Of a stretch of DNA of 64,000 nt, positions 27,819 to 38,760 are shown in pieces. The DNA is from an uncultured Gemmatimonadales bacterium. GTDB lineage: Bacteria; Gemmatimonadota; Gemmatimonadetes; Gemmatimonadales; Gemmatimonadaceae. Each line of letters opens with the position of its first letter. Within the stretch, counting starts at the first letter, position 1. Where the stretch lies: contig OY969695.1 in NCBI GenBank assembly GCA_963701965.1, forward strand, positions 3,744,001 through 3,808,000. The letters run 5' to 3'. Both the position numbers and the translations under genes were made by a program. Below the pieces are notes generated by a model, which ran no database searches, had not been told where the DNA came from, and was given only the letters and a program-made list of their open reading frames with translations.

Positions 27819-30323
27819 ATGGCGGGATCAACCAGCCAGTTGGTCGACACGCTGCTGAAAGATCGCTATCGCATTCAGCGGGAAGTCGGCCGCGGTGGCA
27901 TGGCCACCGTGTACCTCGCCCAAGATATCCGCGACGATCGACCAGTAGCGGTCAAAGTTCTCCTCCCCGACGTCGGCTTTGCTCTCGGTCCGGAGCGCTT
28001 TCTCCGCGAGATAGAGCTGACGTCGCGCTTCAGCCATCCCAACATCCTCCCGCTCTACGATTCAGGCGAGCTCGACGGCGCGCTGTACTACGTCATGCCG
28101 TTCGTCCCCGGTGAATCGATCGCCGCGAAGCTCGCCCGCGATGGCGCGTTCGGTGTCGATGAAGCGGTGCGCCTGGCCAAAGAAGTGGCCGCCGCACTCG
28201 AGTACGCGCACGACAAAGGCATCATCCATCGCGACATCAAACCCGAGAACATTCTGCTCGACGACGGCCACGCGCTCGTCGTCGATTTCGGCATCGCCCG
28301 CGCGGTAGCGTCAGTCGGAGATCGCAAACTCACGCAGACGGGCGTGACTATCGGCACGCCGTTCTACATGAGTCCGGAGCAGGCGATGGCCGATCCGAAT
28401 CTCGACCGGCGCAGCGACATCTATAGTCTGGGCTGCGTGCTGTACGAGATGCTGGCCGGACAACCGCCGTTCGTCGGCGCGTCGCCGCAAGCCGTCCTCG
28501 CCCGTCACGCGCTCGACCAAGTGCCGTCGCTCACGATCGTGCGCCAGACGGTGTCGCCCGGCCTCGAAGCGGTCATCGTCAAGGCGCTCGCCAAGTCGCC
28601 GGCCGACCGCTTCCAGACCGCGCGCGAATTCGGCGAAGCGCTGGCCCATCCCGAACGACTGGCGTCGTCGTACCGCCCCACGATCGTGGGCGCCGCGCGG
28701 GCCAACCGGCGACGGAAGATCGTGTCCGTGCTCGCCGTGGTGGTGGCCATCGTCGCCCTCGCCGGCTGGCTGGGCTGGAAGCGCTGGAGCGGCGCCCATC
28801 CGACGGGCGTCGCCGACGCGGAAGCGAAGCGCCTGGCGGTCCTCTACTTCGACGACCTCTCGCGCGACCACTCGCTCGGCTACATGACGTCCGGTCTCAC
28901 CAATGCGCTCATCGGTGATCTCTCGGCCGTGCACGGACTCACGGTCATCTCCAAAGGCGGCGCGGCGACGTTCCGCGGCACGACCGCACCGTCCGACAGC
29001 ATCGCGCGCGCGCTCGACGTCGGCACGCTCGTGCGCGGCAGTGTCGAGCCCGATGGCGACAGACTCCGCGTCACCGTGCGGCTCTCCAATGCGATGAGCG
29101 GCGCCGACTTCGAGCGCGCCACATTCGAGCAACCCACCGCGCGGGTGCTCCAGCTGCGCGACACGCTGGCGCAAGAGGTCGCGCGCATGATTCGCCGGCG
29201 CCTAGGCCAGGAGGTCCTCCTCCGCAGCCGCCGCGAAGGCGCCGCGAACGCGACGGCGTGGGCACTCGTCCAGCGCGGCGATCAACAGCTGCAGGCGGGC
29301 GAGCAGCTGATGGGCTCCAACGATACCGCGGCTACGCTACGCGCATTCCATAACGCGGACTCGCTGTTCGCGGCCGGCGCGGCGACCGACGCGCGGTGGG
29401 TCGATCCTGTGATGCTACGGGGCACCGTCGCCTACAAGATCTCGCGCTTCCTCGGTGACGCCCCGCTCCGCGCCGCCGCATATATCGACACCGGTATGGC
29501 CCGCGCCGGAGAGGCGCTCGCGCTCGCGCCGACCAACCCGGATGCCCTGGAGCTCCGGGGCACGCTCCGCTACTGGCGCTGGCTCCTGGGCGTCCAACCC
29601 GACGCCGCGAAAGCCACGGACTCGCTGCACGCCGCGCAGCACGATCTCGAGGCCGCGGTCAAACAAGACACGGCGCAGGCCGGCGCCTGGGCCGTCCTCA
29701 GCCATCTCTACTATCAGACGAATGACGTGCCCGGCGCCAAACTCGCCGCCGCGCGCGCCTACGACGCCGACGCGTACCTGAGCAACGCCGACGTGATTCT
29801 GTGGCGGCTGTTCACGACGTCGTACGATCTGGAGCAGTTCCCGGAAGCGACCCGCTGGTGCGACGTCGCGCAGCGCCGCTTTCCCACGGATCCCCGTTTT
29901 GTGGAATGCCGCCTGTTCGTGCTGGGCACCCCCGCGCTGCCGGCCGATGTCGCCCGGGCCTGGCGACTCGCCGACAGCCTGGTGGCGCTGTCGTCGAAGC
30001 CGGATCAGGCCTACGCGCAGGTCGAAGGCGTGGTGATGGCCAGTGTCGTCGTGGCCCGCGCCGGGCTCGCCGACAGCGCCCGCCGCGTGTTGCATCGCGC
30101 CCAAGCCTCGGTCGCGGTCGACCCCACGCACGACATCGAGATGGAAAAGGCCTATGCGTGGACGGTGCTCCACGACAACGTCAACGCGGTGCGCGCGCTC
30201 AAGGTGTATCTGGCGGCCAATCCGAGTCGGGGCAACGACTTCGACGACGACGACAATTGGCGCTGGCGTTCGTTGCACGACGACCCCGGATTCCAAGCGA
30301 TCATCCACCGGTCGTCTCCTTGA
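27819..30323 (+). CDS. Hanks-type Ser/Thr kinase - TM - TolB_N-like/TPR sensor
   Basis: GRGGMATV, VAVK, HRDIKPEN, DFG, GTPFYMSPE, DIYSLG; TM IVSVLAVVVAIVALAGW; LAVLYFDDLS; TPR-like tail; GGAGG RBS. Confidence 0.93.
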   Translation: MAGSTSQLVDTLLKDRYRIQREVGRGGMATVYLAQDIRDDRPVAVKVLLPDVGFALGPERFLREIELTSRFSHPNILPLYDSGELDGALYYVMPFVPGESIAAKLARDGAFGVDEAVRLAKEVAAALEYAHDKGIIHRDIKPENILLDDGHALVVDFGIARAVASVGDRKLTQTGVTIGTPFYMSPEQAMADPNLDRRSDIYSLGCVLYEMLAGQPPFVGASPQAVLARHALDQVPSLTIVRQTVSPGLEAVIVKALAKSPADRFQTAREFGEALAHPERLASSYRPTIVGAARANRRRKIVSVLAVVVAIVALAGWLGWKRWSGAHPTGVADAEAKRLAVLYFDDLSRDHSLGYMTSGLTNALIGDLSAVHGLTVISKGGAATFRGTTAPSDSIARALDVGTLVRGSVEPDGDRLRVTVRLSNAMSGADFERATFEQPTARVLQLRDTLAQEVARMIRRRLGQEVLLRSRREGAANATAWALVQRGDQQLQAGEQLMGSNDTAATLRAFHNADSLFAAGAATDARWVDPVMLRGTVAYKISRFLGDAPLRAAAYIDTGMARAGEALALAPTNPDALELRGTLRYWRWLLGVQPDAAKATDSLHAAQHDLEAAVKQDTAQAGAWAVLSHLYYQTNDVPGAKLAAARAYDADAYLSNADVILWRLFTTSYDLEQFPEATRWCDVAQRRFPTDPRFVECRLFVLGTPALPADVARAWRLADSLVALSSKPDQAYAQVEGVVMASVVVARAGLADSARRVLHRAQASVAVDPTHDIEMEKAYAWTVLHDNVNAVRALKVYLAANPSRGNDFDDDDNWRWRSLHDDPGFQAIIHRSSP

Positions 30324-30350
30324 CCTTTTTCTCTTTTTTCAGGAGCTCCT

Positions 30351-32250
30351 GTGTTCCACCGCAGCAAGCGGTTCCGACTCCCCGCCGTAGCCGTATTGTG
30401 CGCGATGGTAGCGCAGGCGTGTAGCGATCAACATCCCTCGCCGACGGAAGCGATGCCCGCCGGCGACGCGATCGCCGCGGCCGTAGTCGGGACGACCTGT
30501 CCCACACCGGCCGCGGTCGACAAGCAGATCATCGCCCTCGTGCCCGTTGGGAAGAAGATCATTGCGGCCGTGGACTTCGACTTGATCGTCATCGCATTCA
30601 AGCTGGGGCAAAAGACGCAGGCGCAGAACGCGATGTTCACGCTGTGGTCCAAGGTGCTCAAGGCGTACGCCGCCAACCAACTCACCGGCGGCATGTCGCC
30701 GGCGACCCAAGCCGCCGTGCTGGCGCTCGGCAAGGCGTTCTACTGCAGCGTGGGTCTCGACGGCTCGCAACTCTCGCTGGGCACGAGCCCGTCCGATCCG
30801 AACAACGTCGTCGCCGTCGTCTTCCCGTCCACCACGACGCAGACCGTCGTGACCGGGAGCGGCGCGTCGGGCGTGCTGATTCCGCCGACCGCGCTCAAGG
30901 CACCGGTCACGGTGACCATCACGCTCATTCCCGGGACGTTCCCGGAGTTCACCGGGCCGCTCAACACGCGGCTCGACCAATTCGGTCCATTTTTCCAGTA
31001 CACGGTGGTGCCGGAGGGGAGCGTCGTCGATTCGGTGACGGTCGCCACGTGCATCTCCGACCCGAACCTGCCGGTCGCGCGCGCCCACATGGCGCACAAT
31101 GTCGGGCACCGGACTGGAGATCTTGCACATCGCGCCGAGCTTCCTGGCGTGCTCGGGGACCGCATCGGCCGAGCGGAGTCCGTTGCAGCTGGCGCAGGCG
31201 CACGACTATCGCGGCGCGCTCGCGGCGCTCGGATCCCGGTTCAGCGATCTGCTTGTGACGAACGCCTACGCGTTCGGCGGTTCGACCGGGATCGGCGGGA
31301 AGATCAGGTCCTTCAGCCCGTTTGGTGTGGTCGACACGCTGGTCACCGCGCAAGCGAATTCGGCGACCCAGCAACAGGGGCCGACCGGCGCACCCGCGGC
31401 GTCGCCACCGGCCGTGTTGGTACAGACGTTGGGTGGACACACGCCCCTCCCCGGCGCGAACGTGACGTTCAACGTTCTCCAGGGCGCCGGTGTGCTCACG
31501 GCGGTCGGCAACCCGGCGCTCGTGGCGCAGGTCTCGGCGACAACGGACACGAGCGGCGTTGCCCGGGTCGGGAGCTGGAGCATCGGCGTTGGACAGAATA
31601 TCGTCAACGCGATCGCCAGCTTTGCGCCACCGGCCAGCGGCGTCGGTGTTTCGGTGACCGGCAACCCGGTCGCGGACACGGCGACCGGTGGCAATGTCCT
31701 GTCGTATCTCGGTGGGAACTACCGGTTCCTGCTGGCGTCGACGGGTGACACCGCCGGCTTCTTCCAACCCGGCTTCAATGACGCCGCTTGGGGGCTGGGC
31801 AACGCGGCCTTCGGCAGTGGTTCCGTGCCGGGGACGACATGCCCGCTCGACAACACCGTCGCCACACATTGGGACAACAGCATCCAGCCGAGCGTAATGT
31901 TGTTGCGCCGCGCATTCCCGTGGCCGGGCAAGGGGACGGGCACGACCACCCTCACGCTCGGCGTGGCGATCGACAACGACATTCAGGTCTACGTGAACGG
32001 CACCGACGTCACGCCGAGTGTCCAAGGGGGCACCCTGCAGAGCGACGGCTATGTGCACCACGAAGGATGCGCCGCGCAGGACAGCTTCACGTTCACGGTG
32101 TCCGATGCGTTGCTGGTCGGCGGCAACAACATCCTCGCGGTGCGGGCGAGGGACCGTGGAGCGGTCGCTTACGTGGATGCGCGTTTGTCGGTCGCCACGT
32201 CCCAGTTGTCGCCGAGTCGCGTGAAGGCGCCGAAGGCCGGCATCCGGTAG
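30351..32250 (+). CDS. Multidomain lipoprotein (ZU5-like, Big_1-like, galactose-binding-like), +1 frameshift at 31104-31106
   Basis: AGGAG RBS, lipobox AQAC; removing one G gives ..HNVGTGLEIL.. and one 632-aa ORF. Confidence 0.7.
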
Positions 32251-32256
32251 GGGCGT

Positions 32257-33720
32257 CTAATGCACGAGCGTCACGACGGCCGCGCTGGCGGCTGAGAGGG
32301 GGACGCCGAAGGTGCCGTTCGCGCCGGATATGGCGAACGGCGCCTGCGGAGTCCAAGTGCCGGTGCCCGATACCGCGGCGCCGGCGAACGTGACCCCGGT
32401 CTTCGCGTGGACGGATGACGCGGTCATGAACTGCACCGTGGCCGCGCGGTAGGCGGCCGCGGGGGTGACGCGCGCGAACACGGCGTTCACCGTGTCTTTG
32501 TTCACGACGGTCACCCGCAGCGTGCCATCGGACGCCAGGGTCGCGTGGGCGGCGACGTTGGTGGGGGCCGTCACCTTGACGGGCAGCACCGCGCCGCCGG
32601 CGCCGGCGTGGAACGCGAGCATGGCGTAGAACAGCGGCTTGGCCCTCACGCCGGCGCTGTCGACGAGCGGCGAATAGATACCGCCGTTGGGCGCGGGCGA
32701 GCCGTGAAGGTTGACGCCGATCACTCCGTGCTCGGCCAATGTGTACAAGTAGTCGAGTCCCCACAGCGCGGACGCGAACGCGTCCGACGTGCCGAGCCTT
32801 CCTCCGCCTGATGTCGAATTCGACTCGCCCATGCGGAGGGGGAGGCCCACGGTCTTGGCGTCGGCCACCACGATGTCAATGAGCTCCACGGATCCTGCCA
32901 TGGTGGTGGCGCTCAGCAGATTGCCGATGCTCGAGTTGGTCGGGCTCGCGGCCGCGGTGTCGATGGCGATGGTCGGATAATGGTGATAGGTGAGGAGGTG
33001 CAATCCTTTGCTGCCGCCCGCCGCCAGAAACTCGGCGAATATCTGGGGCCGGCAGCACATCGCGGGTCCCACGCGCGGTATGCCGGACGCGCGTTGCGCG
33101 AGCGCCGCGCTGTAGCCGGCGTATTCGCTGGCGATACTGTCGCCGTCGTACCCGGGGCCCCGGTAGCTGCCGGTGAAGACGTCGGGCTCGTTGCCGATCT
33201 CGATCGCCGTCAACACGCCGGACGCGCCCGGGCGACCCGCGGCGTACGCGGCTTCGGCGGCGAACGTGTCGGGAGCGAACTGGCCCAGGTTGATGCCAAG
33301 GTACACGGTCCACCCGGCGTTGTGTGCGAAGGTGAACGCGTGATCGAAGTCGATCCCGGTGAGGTCGGAATCATTTCCGGTCGCAGGGTTGGGGGACCAC
33401 GTGCTGACGTCGACGGAATTCCCGCCAAACCGGGCCACACCGGGGCCGAGGAGGGTGGCGGCCGCCGCATAGTGAGGATCGGTCCAGCCGTTATCCCCGA
33501 GATCGCTGACCTCGAAGCTGAACCCTAGGAAATTGCCGGGGATCATGGAACCTGGCGACGCGGTCGCGACGGCGATGGCAGCGGTGTCAGCTGGGGCGGG
33601 CCCACTCGGTAATTGTGGTGGCGCGACCACACCGCTGTCGCCGCTGTTCCGATCGTCACCGCACGCGGATGCGAGCGCAACCGCCGCCGCGACCAGAATG
33701 ACGCGGTGAAGTCGGCTCAG
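32257..33720 (-). CDS. GH79-like glycoside hydrolase lipoprotein (start uncertain)
   Basis: Lipobox ASAC, RFGGNS, IEIGNEPD (acid/base), RMGESNS (nucleophile), SDAFASALW, GVNLH; no canonical in-frame start close to the signal peptide. Confidence 0.8.
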   Translation of the reverse strand: MSRLHRVILVAAAVALASACGDDRNSGDSGVVAPPQLPSGPAPADTAAIAVATASPGSMIPGNFLGFSFEVSDLGDNGWTDPHYAAAATLLGPGVARFGGNSVDVSTWSPNPATGNDSDLTGIDFDHAFTFAHNAGWTVYLGINLGQFAPDTFAAEAAYAAGRPGASGVLTAIEIGNEPDVFTGSYRGPGYDGDSIASEYAGYSAALAQRASGIPRVGPAMCCRPQIFAEFLAAGGSKGLHLLTYHHYPTIAIDTAAASPTNSSIGNLLSATTMAGSVELIDIVVADAKTVGLPLRMGESNSTSGGGRLGTSDAFASALWGLDYLYTLAEHGVIGVNLHGSPAPNGGIYSPLVDSAGVRAKPLFYAMLAFHAGAGGAVLPVKVTAPTNVAAHATLASDGTLRVTVVNKDTVNAVFARVTPAAAYRAATVQFMTASSVHAKTGVTFAGAAVSGTGTWTPQAPFAISGANGTFGVPLSAASAAVVTLVH

Positions 33721-33782
33721 CCTGCGGGCGCGGGGATTGGCACGATTGTCGATACATCCGATCTCGCAGGAGGCGTGCCCGC

Positions 33783-34469
33783 TTACTGACGCTCCTTCTT
33801 CTTGCGCGCGACGACCTGAAGTTGCGCCATAGCGTCGCCTGAAGTTTGGTCGACCGGGGTGTGCAGCCAGCGCGCGAGGCGGAGCCACGCGCGGCTTACG
33901 GCGTCATTCGGATGGCGGCGCAGCCGGCGGCGGCGATACTTGTCGACCCAGAGGAGGGCGCGGCCGAGCGGCGGTGGTCCGCGCCAGCGCAAGCGGTGAT
34001 CGTATCCATCGTCTTGGCGGCGAATGTCCAAGAGCTCGACGCTCGGCAGCGCCAGCACCAGGGCGCGCAGGTCGTGCGAGACCGGGGACCCTGGCGTCGC
34101 GCTATCCAGTCGAAACGTGGCTTTGTGGTCGGTGTTGAATTGGGATGGCCAAAAGCCTTGTTCGTACAGGGTCTCGTCGGGTACGACCACGATGAGATGG
34201 CCGCCGGGTTTCACGAGGGTCCACCATTCGGCGAGCGCGTGCCGCGGGTCGATCATGTGCTCGAGGCAGTGGGAGCTGTGGACACAATCGAACGACTCGG
34301 CGGCCAGATAGCGGGTGACGTGGTTGGCATCCCCGTGCTCGCGATCGAATGGCTGGGCGTGGGGCACGACGAGGTCGGGTCCCGATCCGACATCGAGCAC
34401 GCGGCCGGCAAGGTAGGTGGCGCGGAACGCGTCGTCGCGGAGGCGATTGGTCTTGCTGGCTTCTCTCAT
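33783..34469 (-). CDS. Class I SAM-dependent methyltransferase
   Basis: VLDVGSG, FDCVHSSHCLEH, VKPGGHL..VPD. Confidence 0.85.
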   Translation of the reverse strand: MREASKTNRLRDDAFRATYLAGRVLDVGSGPDLVVPHAQPFDREHGDANHVTRYLAAESFDCVHSSHCLEHMIDPRHALAEWWTLVKPGGHLIVVVPDETLYEQGFWPSQFNTDHKATFRLDSATPGSPVSHDLRALVLALPSVELLDIRRQDDGYDHRLRWRGPPPLGRALLWVDKYRRRRLRRHPNDAVSRAWLRLARWLHTPVDQTSGDAMAQLQVVARKKKERQ

Positions 34470-34756
34470 GCGGCGCGCCACGGGGTGTGGATGGTATACC
34501 GCGGGGTCGCGGTGGCGTTGGCCTTGTCGGCGGAGAGCAGTTTGCGCCGCCCGAGCCAACCGACCGCGGCTTGCGCGGCGCTCTTGGATACGCCGACGGA
34601 CTCGGCGAGTTCCTGATAGCTGATCTGCACGGCGGTCCGCCGCTTCCGTTGCTCGGCGAGGAGCCACAGATACACGAGAAAACTGACCGGCCGGCGGTCG
34701 TGGCCGACCAGATCGCGCATCAGGACATCAATGACGTAGTCGTCGACAGGGAACAT
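34466..34756 (-). CDS. Small helix-turn-helix protein
   Basis: DDYVIDVLMRDLVGHD, SYQELAESVGVSKSAAQAAV. Confidence 0.8.
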   Translation of the reverse strand: MFPVDDYVIDVLMRDLVGHDRRPVSFLVYLWLLAEQRKRRTAVQISYQELAESVGVSKSAAQAAVGWLGRRKLLSADKANATATPRYTIHTPWRAA

Positions 34757-34792
34757 GCTATACCGACCAATAATATAGCAACGACTGGCCGA

Positions 34793-34821
34793 TTGCATCC
34801 GGTTTGGAGCGTCGCTATGCT
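34793..34821 (+). promoter_or_regulatory. Sigma70-type promoter of the VOC gene (leaderless)
   Basis: TTGCAT-N17-TATGCT, 6 nt before ATG 34828. Confidence 0.6.
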
Positions 34822-34827
34822 GCCTTG

Positions 34828-35193
34828 ATGATTCGCGGAGTGAAGTTCATCAGCGTGCCGGTGCGCGACCAGGACGTCTCCCTGCGGTTCTTCACCGAGA
34901 AACTCGGGTTCAAGGTCGCGACCGACCAGCCGTTCAACGGCACCCAGCGGTGGATCGAGCTGCTCATTCCCGGCGAGAAGACGCGGCTAGTCTTGTTCAC
35001 ACCGGAGGGGCACGAGGACCGCATTGGTGGCTTTCAGCCGATTTCGTTCTGGTGCGATGATGTCTTCGCGACGGCGAAGACGATGAAGTCGAACGGCGTG
35101 GAGTTCGCGAAGGAGCCGAAGACCGAGCCCTGGGGAACGGCGGCGATCTTCAAGGACCCGGACGGCAACCAGTACGTGCTGTCGGACGATTGA
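34828..35193 (+). CDS. VOC/glyoxalase family protein
   Basis: VPVRDQD..FFTEKLGF, RWIEL, EPWG..FKDPDGN. Confidence 0.9.
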   Translation: MIRGVKFISVPVRDQDVSLRFFTEKLGFKVATDQPFNGTQRWIELLIPGEKTRLVLFTPEGHEDRIGGFQPISFWCDDVFATAKTMKSNGVEFAKEPKTEPWGTAAIFKDPDGNQYVLSDD

Positions 35194-35231
35194 GCGCGCT
35201 TGTGCCGGTCCGCTGCGCCGGCACGCCGCTC

Positions 35232-36173
35232 TTATCGGAGCCGAATGCCGGGATACCAGCCGCTCTTGGCCAGAAACGCCTTCGGATCGTTCATCGCCAG
35301 GATTTCGCGAAGGGCGCGGTGCTTGTCGTCACTATGCTGGTAGTAGGATTTGACGATGCGATAGCCGACCCAATAGCCAAGGTCGCGCGGGTGCTCCATA
35401 GTGCTATTGTAGACCCAGGCTGAGAGATCGGTCTTGTCCTCGTCGGGGACGAACGCGGTCTCGATCTCCAATTCGCGCCCTTTGGTGGCGGTGTCGAGAT
35501 AGGCATAGCTGACCCCGCCGGATGTCAGTTCGCCCGTGAAATCCGCGGCCCCCTCGATGAGCGACACCTCGAGCACGGTTGGGTGTTCGTCATCGACCAG
35601 CGCCCGCACTTGCTGGGCGTGGACATATTCGTGCGCGATCGAGTGCACGAAACGGTCCTCGACACTGGCACCCATCCAGTTCGTTGCGCACAGCGCCTCG
35701 AGTCCGATCTGGACGCCAGTGACCGGACTGCCCACGCCCACTGGCCTCCCTCGGCCGACGGCGATCGTGACTGGAGGGAAGTGTGCCGGCGGATAGAGGC
35801 GACTCATTTCGCGCCTGACCGCGACCACACGCTGGCGCACCTGTGGCAAGACCGCCAGGCAACGCTTGGCGTCCGAATACATCTCCGGATGCTCGGCCAA
35901 GTTCTTGGCGATCGCTTCCCCCGTAATCCTGCGCAGCTTCGCAAAGTCGTGAAGTCCCTGCGAACCATCATCGAGATAGTCGTGCTGCAACTGATCGGCG
36001 GTCGGATGTCCCCCAGCGGCGTCGTAGATCCTATAAAATGCATCGACGTCCGAGATGTCGATGACCGCTTCCGCTGCCTGGTTCGAGGCTTTCGCAGAAG
36101 CCTCCGGTGGCGCTCCTGAGAACGCGGCACAGACGAGAGTACCGACGACAGGCCAGAGATTGATCCGCTGCAT
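35232..36173 (-). CDS. DUF2268-like putative Zn-dependent protease, exported
   Basis: GGAGG RBS, signal peptide, HEYVH (HExxH), EGAADF, DLGYWVGYRIVKSYY. Confidence 0.8.
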   Translation of the reverse strand: MQRINLWPVVGTLVCAAFSGAPPEASAKASNQAAEAVIDISDVDAFYRIYDAAGGHPTADQLQHDYLDDGSQGLHDFAKLRRITGEAIAKNLAEHPEMYSDAKRCLAVLPQVRQRVVAVRREMSRLYPPAHFPPVTIAVGRGRPVGVGSPVTGVQIGLEALCATNWMGASVEDRFVHSIAHEYVHAQQVRALVDDEHPTVLEVSLIEGAADFTGELTSGGVSYAYLDTATKGRELEIETAFVPDEDKTDLSAWVYNSTMEHPRDLGYWVGYRIVKSYYQHSDDKHRALREILAMNDPKAFLAKSGWYPGIRLR

Positions 36174-36217
36174 GACTCTCCTCCGAATTTGCACGAGACG
36201 ACTGGCCCGGTGGGCCG

Positions 36218-36316
36218 GGCGTGAAGGTTCACTGGTCCTCGGGCACCGCACGCGCAACATCGGCGGTCAAGCGGTGGAGCATCTGGCCGTACCGCACAAA
36301 GTCATCGATCGACATA
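36218..36316 (-). pseudogene. Remnant of DinB-gene 5' end (repeat B, copy 1)
   Basis: 86/99 ungapped identity to 39539-39637; reads MSIDDFVRYGQMLHRLTADVARAVPEDQ* with TGA at the Trp codon. Confidence 0.85.
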
Positions 36317-36350
36317 AGGTGATGCTAGCAGCCCGGCCACAAAGATTTAA

Positions 36351-36428
36351 GTGTCATCTATGCAGAAGCTGTTGAAGGGGACCGAGGCCGCCTACGACAG
36401 TACGCTGGGCGGTGTCAGCGCGAGATGA
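36351..36428 (+). pseudogene. Remnant of GT4 3' end (repeat A, copy 2)
   Basis: Reads VSSMQKLLKGTEAAYDST versus VFSVRELVKGTEAAYDRT at 26365 onward. Confidence 0.8.
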
Positions 36429-36702
36429 ACGACAACGCGATGCCCGTAGTTCACCCAGGGGTCACTTGGGCCCATTGCACAAGCGGAACTCTAGCGCGTT
36501 GCTAACAGGCGAGCGGTGTCACGTCGACCGAGTACAGGTTGCGTGTGCCGTTGTAGATGTCGCTCGTTACTTCACGCAGCACATTGTCATACGTGGGGCC
36601 GCTGCGCTGATCGCCGGATCGCCGCCTTTGAACGGCAGCGTCTAAGTCGTGAGTCGCGGCTGTGACGGCAGGTCTCCGCGTGGTGGTCGGCATGGGATCC
36701 GC

Positions 36703-37926
36703 TTAGCGGGTTCGCACATTACCATACATCGTCACTACCGGGAGCACACTTCCGGAATCGCCAACCTCCCTTGGGCTTCGCTCCCATACGAATCGGAGGC
36801 CACCTGAGTCCATCATGAGCGACGGTGGCCCAAATGTCGGTTCCGCAAAACGCCGATCCTCGGTCGGGACGCCAGCGATCGGCATTCGGACGTGGCGGAG
36901 GATTATACCGCCGTTCTCCAGTCTCGTCATCATGACGTGGATCATATCGCACTCGTCCACGGCGATCTGCGACTCGCTCACGAGCCCTGAGAGCGGCAAT
37001 GCGCGCTGATCCGTCCAATGCGATCCGTCCGTCGAGGTCGCGTGCAGCAATGCACCGGCTTCCAATGTGTGCGGATTTCGGCCGGCGATCCATATCACGT
37101 GCACGGTGCTCCTGTTATCGACCACGACCCGAGGTTGATACGCCAGCCCTTGTTCCGTGCGCGAGAGCGGCATGCGGTCGCTCCACGTGCGGCCCGCGTC
37201 GGTGGATCGAACAATGTAAAGTTGGTTGGAGGGTTGGTTGATGTCCTGAATCGCTGGATTCGTCGTAACGTAGGCTATCACAATCCGTCGCGCCCCGAGC
37301 GCAGCCAAATCGACGTAGATCGGCGGTCCGAGACCGAAAGGCAGCTCATGGACGGACCAGGCGTGCCGCTCGAGCCGCAGGTAGGCCATGACCGCGCCTC
37401 CATGGTCGCGCGGATCTGCGCCAAACGCCAATGCCAGGGCATTCGACGAGTCCACTATCAAGTTGGACGCGTTCGTAACGTCCCAAACGATTTCCCACGC
37501 ATGGTAAATCGCTTCGGGTCTCGACCAATGTCCCTTATGGAACGTCGCGTGCCAGAGTGTCGTAAACCGCATCCGATGAAGATTCAGATCACTCAGGCCG
37601 CGTCGGTCTGAACTGTCCGGCTCAGCCCATACAACGTGGAGTACCCCATCGCGGTCGACGACTGCGCGGGGAGACGCGAACACGAAGTCGCCCCGCAGTG
37701 CAGCGGGTGCGAGCTCGTGGCGATCGAGACGATACACTCTGAGCGCGAGTGCTGACCGAGCCGTCGCGCTGGTATCGCGGACCCGCACGACCACACCCTC
37801 GACACCGACGACATAAAGTGCCGAGCCTCTGCCCGCAATCTGCGGAAATCGGAGCCATGTCGGGAGACGGCCCAAGACGTGTGGAACGGTTGCGACCTCC
37901 TCGACGCATGTCGAAGGCCGAGCCAC
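36703..37926 (-). CDS. BNR/Asp-box (sialidase-like) beta-propeller protein, start possibly decayed
   Basis: Asp-boxes STDAGRTWS and STDGSHWT, repeated GVLHVVW/TVHVIW; in-frame signal-like stretch upstream lacks ATG. Confidence 0.6.
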   Translation of the reverse strand: MARPSTCVEEVATVPHVLGRLPTWLRFPQIAGRGSALYVVGVEGVVVRVRDTSATARSALALRVYRLDRHELAPAALRGDFVFASPRAVVDRDGVLHVVWAEPDSSDRRGLSDLNLHRMRFTTLWHATFHKGHWSRPEAIYHAWEIVWDVTNASNLIVDSSNALALAFGADPRDHGGAVMAYLRLERHAWSVHELPFGLGPPIYVDLAALGARRIVIAYVTTNPAIQDINQPSNQLYIVRSTDAGRTWSDRMPLSRTEQGLAYQPRVVVDNRSTVHVIWIAGRNPHTLEAGALLHATSTDGSHWTDQRALPLSGLVSESQIAVDECDMIHVMMTRLENGGIILRHVRMPIAGVPTEDRRFAEPTFGPPSLMMDSGGLRFVWERSPREVGDSGSVLPVVTMYGNVRTR

Positions 37927-38025
37927 ACCGAGGCGATGCGACGCGGGCGCTATCGCGCCCAGCGTCGCGATGATGACGGTGAGTCGCGCTATGGTCGATG
38001 CTCGGCTACGGCGAGAATCTTGGGG

Positions 38026-38760
38026 TCAGATGCTGCCACTGGTGGCCGAGGTTCCAAAGTTAAAGGTCGCGCCGCCGATATTAATCCAGTGATTGGTCAA
38101 CAGGGATGCTGGCTGTGCCGTGGGACTCGTGAGCAGTACGTCATACCGACCGGTAGCAAGGGGTGTAAGGTGGTTGAAATCTTGGGCATGCTTCAGGGTA
38201 TCCGCGGCGAGCACAAGGGACGCGTGCATCGTTCCGCCAAGCTCGTTGTCAAACGGCTCGCAATCAAGCCCCGATGTGCAAGCCGTCCCGGCCGCAAATG
38301 TCACATTGCGTGGAATTCCAGGTGGGTTATCCCGCCCGATCGTGGAATATATCGCCAAGCACGTTTGGCCATTGCTGTCAAAAAAGAAACACTGGTTCGC
38401 GGTTCCCGAAGAGTCAAGCGTCGCTTCCGCGCGAATGGTGTGGTCGCGCACATCGGGATCTGGCAAGGCGCGTTCCAGGATGGCCAACAAGTCATCGACC
38501 GTCGCATTCGGCTTCCCTGCGATGCCAACATGAAACCCGTCTTGCAAGATTGGGTCGGCGGCGACTCGCTTCAGGTACGCAATCTCACGACGCAGGCCAG
38601 CCTCGCCACCGTCGACACTTGCCTTACCTGCCGCCAGGCCGCCGTCGGCGCGGCCCTTCTCACGCACGGCTGACACTGGTGAGTCGACGCACGCGACGAC
38701 GAGGGTCAGAGCAATCAGGGCGCACAATGGCCTCACGCAATGTCGCTGGCTGCTTGTCAT
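38026..38760 (-). CDS. Hypothetical lipoprotein
   Basis: LCALIALTLVVAC lipobox, two Cys pairs; visibly lower GC. Confidence 0.6.
   Translation of the reverse strand: MTSSQRHCVRPLCALIALTLVVACVDSPVSAVREKGRADGGLAAGKASVDGGEAGLRREIAYLKRVAADPILQDGFHVGIAGKPNATVDDLLAILERALPDPDVRDHTIRAEATLDSSGTANQCFFFDSNGQTCLAIYSTIGRDNPPGIPRNVTFAAGTACTSGLDCEPFDNELGGTMHASLVLAADTLKHAQDFNHLTPLATGRYDVLLTSPTAQPASLLTNHWINIGGATFNFGTSATSGSI

Noticed and set aside
36483..36599. Possible degenerate integron attC site (GCGGAAC..TTGCTAAC..GCAGCAC..GTGGGGC)
   Set aside because: The right end lacks the GTT triplet, pairing is poor, there is one copy only and no integron integrase in the window.
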